A DNA stretch of 64,000 bases from Patescibacteria group bacterium (GTDB lineage Bacteria > Patescibacteriota > Patescibacteriia > 2-12-FULL-57-11), in contig SCUL01000002.1 in NCBI GenBank assembly GCA_004297205.1, positions 462,647 to 526,646 of the forward strand, read 5' to 3'. The notes beneath the pieces are model-generated. The model was not told where the DNA came from and ran no database searches. It worked only from the letters and a program-made list of their open reading frames with translations. Shown piece by piece: positions 52,669 through 61,526 of this stretch (position 1 is its first letter; every line of letters starts with the position of its first letter). Both the position numbers and the translations under genes were made by a program.

Positions 52669-52780
52669 GAATCGTGCATGGAGGAAATTTGTGATGAGAT
52701 CGCCGATTTCCTCGCAGCACATCACATAACGCGCCACGCATCTGACGTGCGTACCGCGCACACGGAAGGAGGTGACCGAC

Positions 52781-52867
52781 ATGGCTAAACGGAAGAAGGC
52801 AGCGAAGCGGAAGCCGGCCAAGCGGCCCGCCAAGCGGAAGAAGGCGACCAAGAAGCGCCGCGCCTAA
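52781..52867 (+). CDS. Tiny Lys/Arg-rich peptide (28 aa: MAKRKKAAKRKPAKRPAKRKKATKKRRA).
   Basis: Strong SD GGAGGTGA 5 nt before the ATG; an intrinsic terminator immediately follows. Not in the ORF track (below 60 aa). Confidence 0.4.
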   Translation: MAKRKKAAKRKPAKRPAKRKKATKKRRA

Positions 52868-52871
52868 TGAC

Positions 52872-52910
52872 GCTCAAAAATCGCTCCCTTACAGGAGCGA
52901 TTTTTGTTTT
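52872..52910. terminator. Bidirectional terminator (small peptide gene on +, endoQ-like on -).
   Basis: aaatcgctcc-cttaca-ggagcgattt followed by TTGTTTTG. Confidence 0.5.
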
Positions 52911-54132
52911 GCTTCCGTTTCGTCTTCTTTGAAAATCCGCACCGTGCCGTATTGTCCGTCGAAGCCGCCGAGCACCGTGAGTTCTGCCGCGCGTACCCTG
53001 CGTATCGCTTCAGCCACGCGTTGCCCGCCTTCCGCGGCGATCTGCGCCAGCGGAACATCCAAAAGAACGGCAAATTCACTACCGACGCGGTCGGTCAGCC
53101 GCTGGTACACCTGCTGCACTTTTTTCGAAGCCGGGCCGACATCCAGAGCTTCGCCGATGACTTGTTCGAGCGGCACGATGCTGCGAAACGGCACGGCATC
53201 CGGGGGCTTTCCGCCGTCCGGCCGGTCGGCCAGCGCCGCGACGCGGGCAAGGACGCCGACCGTGACCTGCTTGCCGCAAGCCGGACAGATCCCTTTCCGC
53301 TTGGCCGTCTCTTCCGGCTTCATGCGAACGCCGCACAGACGATGACCGTCCAAATGATACTTCCCCTCTTCCGGAAAGAATTCGATCGTCTCCACCAGCG
53401 CTTTCTTGTCGCGGCCGGCGATGGCCGCGTACAGCGCGGCGTAGGTGCGCTCCGGCAGATCAAACACGTCGGCTTCACGGCCGAGGTTGCGCAGCGAGTG
53501 CGCATCGGAGTGCGAGAGCAGCAGCACGCCGTCCAGTTGCGAGAGGCGCCAGTTCATGGCCGGGTCCGAAGAGAGGCCGGTCTCGATGGCATGGATGTGT
53601 TTGGCGTCGTCGCCGAAACACTCGGTGATGCTGTCGAAACCGGACTCGGAACCGAAGATGGCGAACCACGGCGTCCAGGCGTGCGCGGGAATCAGCAGCG
53701 TGCGCGGATCGGCTTCCTGGATGAGGTGCAGGAGATCGACCGAATCCATGCCGAGGATCGGCCGCCCGTCGGCTTTCAAGTTCTTCCCCAGTTTTTCCAG
53801 AGCGGCGCGGATCTTGTGGACCGCGGCGAAATCCGGCGCAAGAAGCACGAGGTGGACGCGCCGTACTTTGCCGCCCCGCTTGTAGATGCAGGCGACTTCA
53901 CTCGACAGCACGAAGCGCGCGCCGGGCTCCGCCGGATACGCATAGGTGCCAGGCGCGACTTCCACGAGGTCGCGCTCGAGTTCCGCGATCCAGGCCGGAT
54001 GCGTGAAGTCGCCGCTGCCGAGCAGATCGATCCCCTTGCGCCGGGCCCATTGCGCCAGGTTCGGCACGGTGAGTTCCTGGCTGCAGGCGCGGGAAAACCG
54101 CGAATGGATATGGAGGTCGGTGATGGTGCGCA
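52889..54132 (-). CDS. PHP-domain endonuclease, EndoQ-like (PHP N-domain plus C-terminal Zn-finger-like region).
   Basis: Real frame is the tail of track ORF 52889..55210, with start at ATG 54132 (MRTITDLHIHSRFSRACS..GIDLLGSGDFTHPAWI, like the EndoQ N-terminus; later CPACGK). TATACT at about -13..-8 from the ATG suggests a leaderless transcript. Confidence 0.55.
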
Positions 54133-54159
54133 TGCCGGGCAGTATAAAGGAACGTCGGG

Positions 54160-54194
54160 ATAAAAAAAGTGGGCAGCGACGGTGAGTCGCTGCC
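54160..54194 (-). terminator. Intrinsic terminator between rsr and the endoQ-like gene.
   Basis: Minus strand: gggcagcgac-tcacc-gtcgctgccc followed by ACTTTTTTTA. Confidence 0.5.
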
Positions 54195-54219
54195 CGCGTT
54201 GCCGATGCAACGGTGGCGC

Positions 54220-55944
54220 CTAGGCCGCCTCGGGATCGTCCTCGGCGGAGGACGGCGCCCGCCCGGTCTCCCACCGGGCAATCCGCGCGACCGCCTGGGT
54301 TCCGTCCTCCTCGTACGAGGGGATGAACTCCAGGAGCCGCTCGGACCAGCCGGCAAGGAGCGCGACGCGCGGCTCGTCGCTTGGGAACTGCGCGGTGCCG
54401 TATCCGGCCAGGTCCACGGAGTACAGGAAGACTCCGGGGTTCACCTGGCTGCGGTACCGCCGCAGCTCCTCGGCAAGCGACGCGTCCCGGACGGACTCGT
54501 GCCACATTCCGTGCGCGGCCTGGGCCGAGTCGTAGCACTGCATGTCCGAGAAGAGGATGATCCGGTCGACCCGGGTCTTCGTCTCGCGCAGGTGCCGGAC
54601 GGCGAGGTACGCGTTCGTGGCGTGGCCCACGTCGGTGTTCGCCAGGCGCGCCATGTTGGTGATGATCGAATCCTTGGAAAGGACCGGCACCACCTTGTGA
54701 CTCTCGCCGAACACCGAGCACACCGCCTGGTCGCACATCGTGTGGGCGATGGCGCCGAGGAGGTTGGCCACGTCGCGCAGCGCGACCGTCGAGCGCTCGG
54801 AGACCGGGGACTGCATCGAGCCCGAGTTGTCCGCGGTGATGAACGTGCGCCCCGCGAGTCGGGGCAGATTCACCACCGAAGCCTCGAGCGCCGCAAGCAG
54901 CGCCTCCATGACCTCCGTCCGCCGCGGGTGCGACGCGATGCGCTCGTCGAGGGCCCGCCCCGAGATGCCGCACCACTCGCCCGCCACGGACGGGTCGAGC
55001 ACCCGGTACGCCGAGTAGAACCGGAACGGCAGCTGCCGGCTCCGCCGCACGTGCTCGGGGTTCCGGAGCATCGCGATCACGCGGTCGAGCGCCTCGTCGG
55101 CGCCGTTGCGCATGAGGTTCGCGATGTTCCGCATCCCGGCCATGAACGGCAGGCGCAGTGCGTTCCAGGTCTCGGCCTTCGCCCCGAAGTGGGAGATGAG
55201 GACCTCCCACGTGGCGTCGGCCGCGGCGGCGAGCGCGCGCGCCTCGTCGTCGAACGCCTGCTTGCGCAGCAGGGCCGACTTGGCCGCGAGCTTCGGCAGG
55301 AGCGCCGCGTCGAGCTCGCCCTTCACCAGGTACCGGTAGAGCGCGGAACGCTCCGGTGTGCCGGGCTTGGGGCGGACGATGCGCAGCACGTCGCGGAGCT
55401 TCACGGCCCGGTCGCGGTCGTACTTGGCGAAGTGGTACTCGCCGAAGTTCCCGAGCGCGTCCGCAAGCCCGCGGGTGAGGCAGTTCGGGAAGGCGTGCTC
55501 CCCGCCGCGCTCACCGTGCGAGCCGATCGGCCCGTGCGCCCTCGTCCACGCCGCGATGACCTCGGCCGGCTCGTCCGCGCGGCGGACGATCTCCGGGGTC
55601 CAGCGCCGGACGAACGGCTTGCAGGCCGGGATGGACGCGGCCATGGCGAGCACCACGATCGGGGTCGACCGGATGTGCATCACCTGGCGCGTGTAGGCCG
55701 CGAGCCGGAGCACGAACTCCGGATCCACCGCGGCCGCGGCGGCAACGTCGGCGAGGAGCTCCACATCCGACGTCTGTCCGTCGGCGTAGAACTTCGGCTC
55801 GCCGGCGAGCGACGCGCACACCCGCGTGTACAGCCGGGTCCGCGCATCCGAGGTGAAGGCGAGGCCGCCCCCGTGGTTGCGCGTGGCATCGGCGCGGGAG
55901 ACGACCTGCTCACGGATCGACGGCGAACGAAGATTCTGACGCAT
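54220..55944 (-). CDS. rsr: Ro60 ortholog Rsr (TROVE domain plus C-terminal vWA).
   Basis: TROVE region (PKFYADGQTSDVELLADVAAAAAVDPEFVLRLAAYTRQVMHIRS) and vWA MIDAS motif ITADNSGSMQ. Start ATG 55944 has SD GGAGG 5 nt upstream; the track start is GTG 55956. Confidence 0.8.
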   Translation of the reverse strand: MRQNLRSPSIREQVVSRADATRNHGGGLAFTSDARTRLYTRVCASLAGEPKFYADGQTSDVELLADVAAAAAVDPEFVLRLAAYTRQVMHIRSTPIVVLAMAASIPACKPFVRRWTPEIVRRADEPAEVIAAWTRAHGPIGSHGERGGEHAFPNCLTRGLADALGNFGEYHFAKYDRDRAVKLRDVLRIVRPKPGTPERSALYRYLVKGELDAALLPKLAAKSALLRKQAFDDEARALAAAADATWEVLISHFGAKAETWNALRLPFMAGMRNIANLMRNGADEALDRVIAMLRNPEHVRRSRQLPFRFYSAYRVLDPSVAGEWCGISGRALDERIASHPRRTEVMEALLAALEASVVNLPRLAGRTFITADNSGSMQSPVSERSTVALRDVANLLGAIAHTMCDQAVCSVFGESHKVVPVLSKDSIITNMARLANTDVGHATNAYLAVRHLRETKTRVDRIILFSDMQCYDSAQAAHGMWHESVRDASLAEELRRYRSQVNPGVFLYSVDLAGYGTAQFPSDEPRVALLAGWSERLLEFIPSYEEDGTQAVARIARWETGRAPSSAEDDPEAA

Positions 55945-56774
55945 GGGATCCTCCACCTGCCCCGCTCAGCGGGACGGAACGTTGTTATGTGCGAGTTGTG
56001 AAAGAAGAGGCCCGGGACGCGTGTCGTCGCCGGGCCATGAAGCTTGCGTATCTGGGGAGAAGAAGCGGAATCGGATGCTTGTCACCGCGCCGTACCGCGA
56101 TGGCATCCACGACGTCCTTTCGGACGCCGCGGGAGTGGAACTTTCGTTCCCCAGGGACGTGACCCCGAACGGGTCCGTCATCCCTGGTGCCGGCATCAAC
56201 CCTCACACGGAGGTCCGCCGACATGATGTTCAACCGACTGTCGAGGCCGGTCGACCATTCCCAATTGGAGATGTTCTTTAGAAGTAACCGGTTCCTACGC
56301 TGCCCCAGACGCGCAACTTGTGAAGGTTCTCGAGGAAGAAACGACGAGGGTCTTGTATGCCACTTGGAAAGAAGTATCCCTCGTCTACACCGCCGAGCGC
56401 CTTCGTCGCAGGCCGGAACCGAGCGGTTCCGGACTTGGACGAAGGGCCGGGCGGCCCCTTCCCCACGGTCCACACGCGGAGAGCGGTTTCCGCGCTCCAG
56501 AGGAGTGCAGTCCCCGCGTACCCTGGACAAGCATCGACAGGTCCGGTGCGGTCCGTTCGATCCGACGACAGTGATCTATCGCCAGCTCGATGCACCCGTT
56601 CTATCACAGGATGAAAACTTTGTCAAGTCCTTAACTACTGAGAGTCTAATTTACTACACAACAGAGCCAAATTATAACACAATAAAGTATAACGATATAT
56701 CCTACAGACGAATGAGCGGCGACAACGCAAGTGTCGCCGCGCCCTTGACGATCCACCGGGGTCGTGCTAGGTTC

Positions 56775-57058
56775 CCGCTACCGATCGGAGCGCATGCGTG
56801 CTCCATCGCCCCGTACAGGAGGCGGGGAAACATGTTCAGCGGAGGCTAGCGTCGGTTTTGCCGCAAACGTCATGGACCTCGGTTCGAGCTGGAGTACAGC
56901 AGCAGTTCGCGCAGGACACCACTTTCGAGGTTTCTGCCCGAGCAGATGGAGATCGCAAGAGCGGTCCCTTCCCGAAGGACCATCGCAAGGAGGCCACCAT
57001 GTCGAGCGGCGGCTGATACCGACCCCCGGGCGCGCAAGCGACCGGGGTCATTTTTTAC
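56775..57058 (+). ncRNA. Candidate structured ncRNA (Y-RNA-like?) in the ~1.1 kb noncoding region next to rsr, ending at an intrinsic terminator.
   Basis: AT-rich (~30% GC) stretch 56600-56700, then TTGACG-17nt-TAGGTT (56744-56772). Hairpins ggagcgc-atgc-gtgctcc and ccccg-tacaggagg-cgggg. T-loop-like GGTTCGAGC (56884) and, upstream, GGTCCGTTCGATCC (56555). Two SD-preceded pentapeptide mini-ORFs. No convincing protein ORF. Confidence 0.3.
57017..57058 (+). terminator. Plus-strand intrinsic terminator closing the noncoding region.
   Basis: gacccccgg-gcgcgcaagcga-ccggggtc (bulged C) followed by ATTTTTTAC; overlaps the stop of the minus-strand TrmB-like gene. Confidence 0.5.
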
Positions 57059-57801
57059 TTGAACGTCGGAAAGCCACCGGCACCACGCCACGCCAGATCG
57101 AACAGGGCGCGCAGCGTCTGGGCCGCGATCGCGCTGTCGATCACTACCCCGATGATCGCTCCCTTGAACGTCACGATGGCGACCTTATCGCCGTAGATGA
57201 CCAAGTCTCCGTAAAATTCGAAATCTTTGGGCGGCAGGACACGCACGTCCACGCCGGGTCGCGCCCGCTGCACGTTGCCGAGCAACAAGGCGCGGCCGGG
57301 TGTTTTGCGTTTGGAAAGGACGTCCTGAATCGCGCGCAACTCCGGATCGGAGAAAATCTCTTTGACTGCGTCAATATTGGCCATTTCGTCGACCGTGGCC
57401 GGTTTCGTGGCCGCGATATCCTCGAGAATGGTCCGCAAACCCTCCACGCCCTCAAAAAATTTCACGCCGGGACGCTCGCCTTTCTGCAGCAGCCGCAGAT
57501 CGTTCAGCACCGACGCGATCTCGCGGACCTTGCTTTGCATCTTCTTTGATTCCTCCTCCACGAAATGAAGCAGCCGATCCGGCGGTTCCGCGGAAAAGAG
57601 CTTGCGCTTGCCGCGGATGTAGGAACTCATGAGCCCTTTCTGGGAAAGCCCGGTGATCGCCGCATAGGTGGATGGCCGGGAAAAACCCGCTTTCTTGGCA
57701 ACGATCTGTACCGGAGATGGGCCGAGCTCCAAACTCGCGATGTAGACGCGCGATTCGCTGTCGTTGAAACCGAGGGATTTGAGCAGGTCTGCGTAATCCA
57801 T
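57055..57801 (-). CDS. TrmB-family transcriptional regulator.
   Basis: N-terminal TrmB HTH MDYADLLKSLGFNDSESRVYIASLELGPSPVQIVAKKAGFSRPSTYAAITGL. Start taken at ATG 57801 rather than the track start. Confidence 0.65.
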   Translation of the reverse strand: MDYADLLKSLGFNDSESRVYIASLELGPSPVQIVAKKAGFSRPSTYAAITGLSQKGLMSSYIRGKRKLFSAEPPDRLLHFVEEESKKMQSKVREIASVLNDLRLLQKGERPGVKFFEGVEGLRTILEDIAATKPATVDEMANIDAVKEIFSDPELRAIQDVLSKRKTPGRALLLGNVQRARPGVDVRVLPPKDFEFYGDLVIYGDKVAIVTFKGAIIGVVIDSAIAAQTLRALFDLAWRGAGGFPTFK

Positions 57802-57926
57802 ACCAACGCATTCTACCACACGACGATGCTTTTTTGTCGCCCAAGGGTTGACAAAAACAGGCCGATGTGATAGCCTCGCGCGTTCGTCCCCGGCCTGCTG
57901 TTCAATCCCGGGGGCGACGGAGGCAA

Positions 57927-58127
57927 ATGGACCGAACCATGGCCGAGAAGGTCGTGTCGTTCTCGTGGCAGAATGGCCGCGAGCACCCGCTCCTGTGCAC
58001 TGCGCTCAAGGCGCTCGGCATCAGCCGGGCGCGCTTCGACGAGCTGCGGCGCGAGGCGGCCAACGTGAGCCGCGGCCGCGACCGGCTCGCGGTGCTCACC
58101 CCCTGCGGCGGCGCGGTCCGGACCTGA
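57927..58127 (+). CDS. Small hypothetical protein (66 aa).
   Basis: SD GGAGG 4 nt before ATG 57927. Real part of track ORF 57867..58127. Followed by the terminator caggcggt-acgcc-accgcctg plus a T-run. Confidence 0.35.
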   Translation: MDRTMAEKVVSFSWQNGREHPLLCTALKALGISRARFDELRREAANVSRGRDRLAVLTPCGGAVRT

Positions 58128-58148
58128 CCCGGACGCGCTACGCAGCAA

Positions 58149-58205
58149 CAGGCGGTACGCCACCGCCTGTTTCTTTTTGCTATAAAAAGAGGGCATCCTG
58201 AGGGA
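58149..58205. terminator. Back-to-back terminators (+ and -).
   Basis: caggcggtacgccaccgcctg plus TTTCTTTTT, then gagggcatcc-tga-gggatgcctc preceded by A-rich sequence for the minus strand. Confidence 0.5.
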
Positions 58206-58209
58206 TGCC

Positions 58210-59055
58210 TCACTCCGCCGTCGTCTTCTGTCCGGCGGTGGAGCGGCGGGAGACGATCGCCTGCACGTCCGCGAGTTCTGCCGGGATGTTCACCCCGAGC
58301 GCTTCCTCGGGGTCCGTGAGGACGAGTTCTGCGACCGTCGCCTCTTCTTCGGCCGCGACGGCCAGAAGCGGCGGCAGGTGGAACTCGTCACCGTGGCCGT
58401 CGGCGCGCGGATACGGCCGGATGCGGTCGTAGTGGCTCAGGAACCAGGCGCGGTCGAAGACGTACAGCGACGGATTCACCGACGTTGTCGTCACGAGGTC
58501 CGCGGCACGTGCGTCCCCGGGTTCGACCACGTTCACGATCCGCCCGCGCGCGTCTCGGAAGACGCGCCCGTACCGCTCCAGAATCCGCGGAGAATCGGCG
58601 CCGCCGATCTTCACCGTGACCATGGAGATCATGGGGCGCGGCAGATGCGTGGCCGTGGAGGACTGATGCATCTCCACAAGACGGCGCAGCGTCTCCGTCC
58701 GCCACAGCGGCATGTCGCCGTAGACGACGAGAAAGGCGTCTCCTTGCCGGGCGGTCCGGTCATGCTCCATGACCAGGCGCACTGCATCCGCGGCGCCGCG
58801 CCGACGGTGCTGGTGCATGATGGCGTACCCGCCCACCCGGTCCCGCTCGAGCGCGGCGTCTATCTGGTGGCGGAACCGGCCGTTCAGCACGAGCCAGCGC
58901 GGCCACAGCCCTTTCACCCGATTCACCGTCCGAAGCACCTGCCCGAGCATGCTCGTGCCGCACGCGACATCGACGGTCTCCGTAAGCTTGGAGACCCCGG
59001 GGCGCAGCGTTCCGTGGCCGGCCGCTACGACAATCACACCGACGTACGTTTCCAA
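58210..59055 (-). CDS. Sugar-phosphate nucleotidyltransferase (GlmU N-terminal-domain-like, no acetyltransferase domain).
   Basis: GVIVVAAGHGTLRPG..., LVVYGDMPLW (compare GlmU LYGDVPLI), and EFHLPPLL in the position of the GlmU YY..D motif. Confidence 0.55.
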   Translation of the reverse strand: METYVGVIVVAAGHGTLRPGVSKLTETVDVACGTSMLGQVLRTVNRVKGLWPRWLVLNGRFRHQIDAALERDRVGGYAIMHQHRRRGAADAVRLVMEHDRTARQGDAFLVVYGDMPLWRTETLRRLVEMHQSSTATHLPRPMISMVTVKIGGADSPRILERYGRVFRDARGRIVNVVEPGDARAADLVTTTSVNPSLYVFDRAWFLSHYDRIRPYPRADGHGDEFHLPPLLAVAAEEEATVAELVLTDPEEALGVNIPAELADVQAIVSRRSTAGQKTTAE

Positions 59056-59149
59056 TCCTTGTACTCCCGTGAAAGAACACCCAGCTCTCCTCGGCTGGCC
59101 CCGCCATCCATCACATGCTCAGGATGAGAGGCGGGGTCAGCAGGCGAGA

Positions 59150-60079
59150 TCAACGGCCGACGAGTACGGCGGCGGCCAGCTTCTCCGGATCGTGACGTGC
59201 AAGTTCGGCCTTGCGCAGCAGATCCGCGGCGATGACGCGCTCTCCGGACAGGTCGTTCTCCACGGGAAACGAACCGACTGCCGCATACCGAGCGGCCACT
59301 GCAGCATCCGGATGCGCGGCATTCACGACGACCGCATCCACGGAGCGCCCGAGCGCGCGTTCCACCGCGGCAACGAACTGTGCGGCCGTAAAGCCGTCCG
59401 TTTCTCCCGGCTTCGTCATGGTATTGCAGACGTAGACAAGCCGCGCCCGCGTTTCGCGCAGTACTTCGGCGACGCCGCGCACGAGGAGCACCGGAACGAC
59501 GCTCGTGTAGACGTCCCCGGGACCGAGCACCACGAGATCCGCCGCTTTGATCGCTGCGCTGACCTGCGGCAGCGCCAAGGCGTTCGGCTCGAGCCACACT
59601 TCGGCGATGCGGGAGCGCGCCTGCACGGTGGGCACGTCGATCGCGGTCTCGCCTACAAGCACCGTCCCATCGGCCAGACGCGCCCGCAGCGTGATGTTGC
59701 CCGTCGTGACCGGCAGCACCGTGCCGCGGACCTTGAGCATGTCGCCGAGCCCGCGGACCGCCTCCAGGAAACTGCCGGAGTAGCTCGCGAGCATGGTCAG
59801 CAGCATGTTGCCGGAGGTGTGGCCGTCGAGCGCCCCCTCGGCAAAGCGGTGCTGCAGCAGGTCGCGCGCCACGTCGCCCGGAAAATCGGACAGCGCGAGC
59901 AGCGCTTTGAGCACGTCGCCGGGCGGCAACGCGCCGAGCTCGTCGCGCAGGCGGCCGGAGGAGCCGCCGGAGTCGGCCATCGAAACCACGGCGGTCAGTT
60001 CCGCGTCGGGAACCCGCTTGAGGCCGGACAGCAGCGTGAACTGCCCGGTGCCGCCGCCGATGGTCACGATCTTGGTCAT
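59150..60079 (-). CDS. YvcK/CofD-family protein (UPF0052; LPPG:FO 2-phospho-L-lactate transferase-like / gluconeogenesis factor).
   Basis: MTKIVTIGGGTGQFTLLSGLK...SMADSGGSSGRLR signature. Confidence 0.75.
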   Translation of the reverse strand: MTKIVTIGGGTGQFTLLSGLKRVPDAELTAVVSMADSGGSSGRLRDELGALPPGDVLKALLALSDFPGDVARDLLQHRFAEGALDGHTSGNMLLTMLASYSGSFLEAVRGLGDMLKVRGTVLPVTTGNITLRARLADGTVLVGETAIDVPTVQARSRIAEVWLEPNALALPQVSAAIKAADLVVLGPGDVYTSVVPVLLVRGVAEVLRETRARLVYVCNTMTKPGETDGFTAAQFVAAVERALGRSVDAVVVNAAHPDAAVAARYAAVGSFPVENDLSGERVIAADLLRKAELARHDPEKLAAAVLVGR

Positions 60080-60864
60080 GCGCGGAGTTCGTTGTAGGTC
60101 CGCTCAAGGACCGCGAGCTGTTCCGGCGTGTTGGCGCCGAGCGTCTCGCGGGAATCGTGGGCGGCGACGGTTTCGAGCTTCGCCTTCTGCGCCACGGCGA
60201 TGCCCAGCACGTCGGGCAAGTAATATTCGCCCTGGACGTTATCGCAGCCGACCTGCGGCAGGTGCTCCCAGAGCCACGGCGCACGGAAACAGTAAAAGGA
60301 CGGATTGACCTCCGTGATGCGCAATTCGGTCGCGGATGCGTCTTTGGCTTCGACGCTTTTGACGACGCGGCCGGAGCCGGAATCGCGCACGATGCGCCCC
60401 CAGTCGGCGAAGGACGAGCGCCAGCCGGAAAAGTCGGGAAGCGGCACCGTCAGCATGGTCATGTCCGCGCCGGTCGAGACGTGGTGCTGGGTGACGCCAT
60501 GGATGGTGGCCGAAGAAATGAGCGGCTGGTCGCCGTAGAGGACGAGGACATGATCCGCCTTGGAGACGGCCGGGCGCGCGCACAGCACGGCATGTCCGGT
60601 CCCCTTCGGCTCCGGCTGCAGGACGAACCGGACGTCGCGGCCGGCGAGCGCCGCGCGGACCTTCTTCTCCACGGCCGGACCGACGACGACGGTCACCCGG
60701 GCGGCAATGCCGCTCGCATCGACCGCGTCGAGCACGTGGAGAAGCATCGGCCGGCCATGCAAGGGAACCAGCACCTTCGGCACGCCGGGAAAGGCCTGGT
60801 GCATGCGTTTGCCCTGACCCGCCGCGAGAATGACGACGTCGACTTTCGAGATGGGTGCGTTCAT
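60076..60864 (-). CDS. GlmU-N/MurU-like sugar-1-phosphate uridylyltransferase.
   Basis: Start ATG 60864 (MNAPISKVDVVILAAGQGKRM); VLVLYGDQPLI; EYYLPDV. Overlaps the neighbours by 4 nt on each side. Confidence 0.65.
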   Translation of the reverse strand: MNAPISKVDVVILAAGQGKRMHQAFPGVPKVLVPLHGRPMLLHVLDAVDASGIAARVTVVVGPAVEKKVRAALAGRDVRFVLQPEPKGTGHAVLCARPAVSKADHVLVLYGDQPLISSATIHGVTQHHVSTGADMTMLTVPLPDFSGWRSSFADWGRIVRDSGSGRVVKSVEAKDASATELRITEVNPSFYCFRAPWLWEHLPQVGCDNVQGEYYLPDVLGIAVAQKAKLETVAAHDSRETLGANTPEQLAVLERTYNELRA

Positions 60865-61526
60865 AGATGGGCGTTGGTGGCGTGGAACACCGTCAGGTAG
60901 TCTCGAATTTCCATCAGCGAGGTGAAATTGAGCATGCCGATCGACAGGTACTTCTCGGGCGGGATGTCGAGGCGCCGCTTCAGAACCGGTATCCAATCCG
61001 GCCGCAACCGCATGACGTCGCGCGTTTCCTCCACGTGGTCGTTGACGAACACGGTTTTTCCGGGCGCGTCCGGGAACGTGGCGATGTGCACCGTCTTTGC
61101 CTCGGGGCCGGCATGAATCTCATGCACGAAACGGTCGAGTCCCGAGGCCGCGATCTTTCTCCGCTGGAACCACTCGTCGCCGCGCGAGAGCAGCATGAGC
61201 GGGACGTTCAAGGAAATCATGCGCGACAGGAAATCGCGCGTGTCTGGAAAGAGAAAGTCCGCGGCATGATCGAGGACTTGTTCCAGGCGCACGGTGGCCT
61301 GATACGGATCGACGTCGGGCAGCAGCTCATGAAGGAGCTTGGCATGACGGTCCGGCGAATACCCCAAGCGCTCCCCGCCGTGGTCGAGGACCCGCGGATA
61401 CAGCTGCCAGAACATCTCCCGCGTGACGCCGAGTTCCACAAGTGCGCCCGACAGCGCCCGCTTGAAGGCATCGGTGTCGAACAGCGTGTTGTCGAAGTCG
61501 AGAATGATGCGTCCGATGCCGTTCAT
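60861..61526 (-). CDS. HAD-superfamily phosphatase.
   Basis: Motif I ILDFDNTLFDT. Confidence 0.7.
   Translation of the reverse strand: MNGIGRIILDFDNTLFDTDAFKRALSGALVELGVTREMFWQLYPRVLDHGGERLGYSPDRHAKLLHELLPDVDPYQATVRLEQVLDHAADFLFPDTRDFLSRMISLNVPLMLLSRGDEWFQRRKIAASGLDRFVHEIHAGPEAKTVHIATFPDAPGKTVFVNDHVEETRDVMRLRPDWIPVLKRRLDIPPEKYLSIGMLNFTSLMEIRDYLTVFHATNAHL

Noticed and set aside
52904-56001. Plus-strand ORFs 52904..54163 (419 aa) and 54169..56001 (610 aa).
   Set aside because: Antisense to the EndoQ-like gene and to rsr, both of which have recognisable domains on the minus strand.
56798-57016. 72-aa plus-strand ORF in the rsr-adjacent region as a protein gene.
   Set aside because: Poor coding composition and no homologous features. 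It is more likely part of a structured ncRNA; only its last five codons (MSSGG) carry a proper SD.
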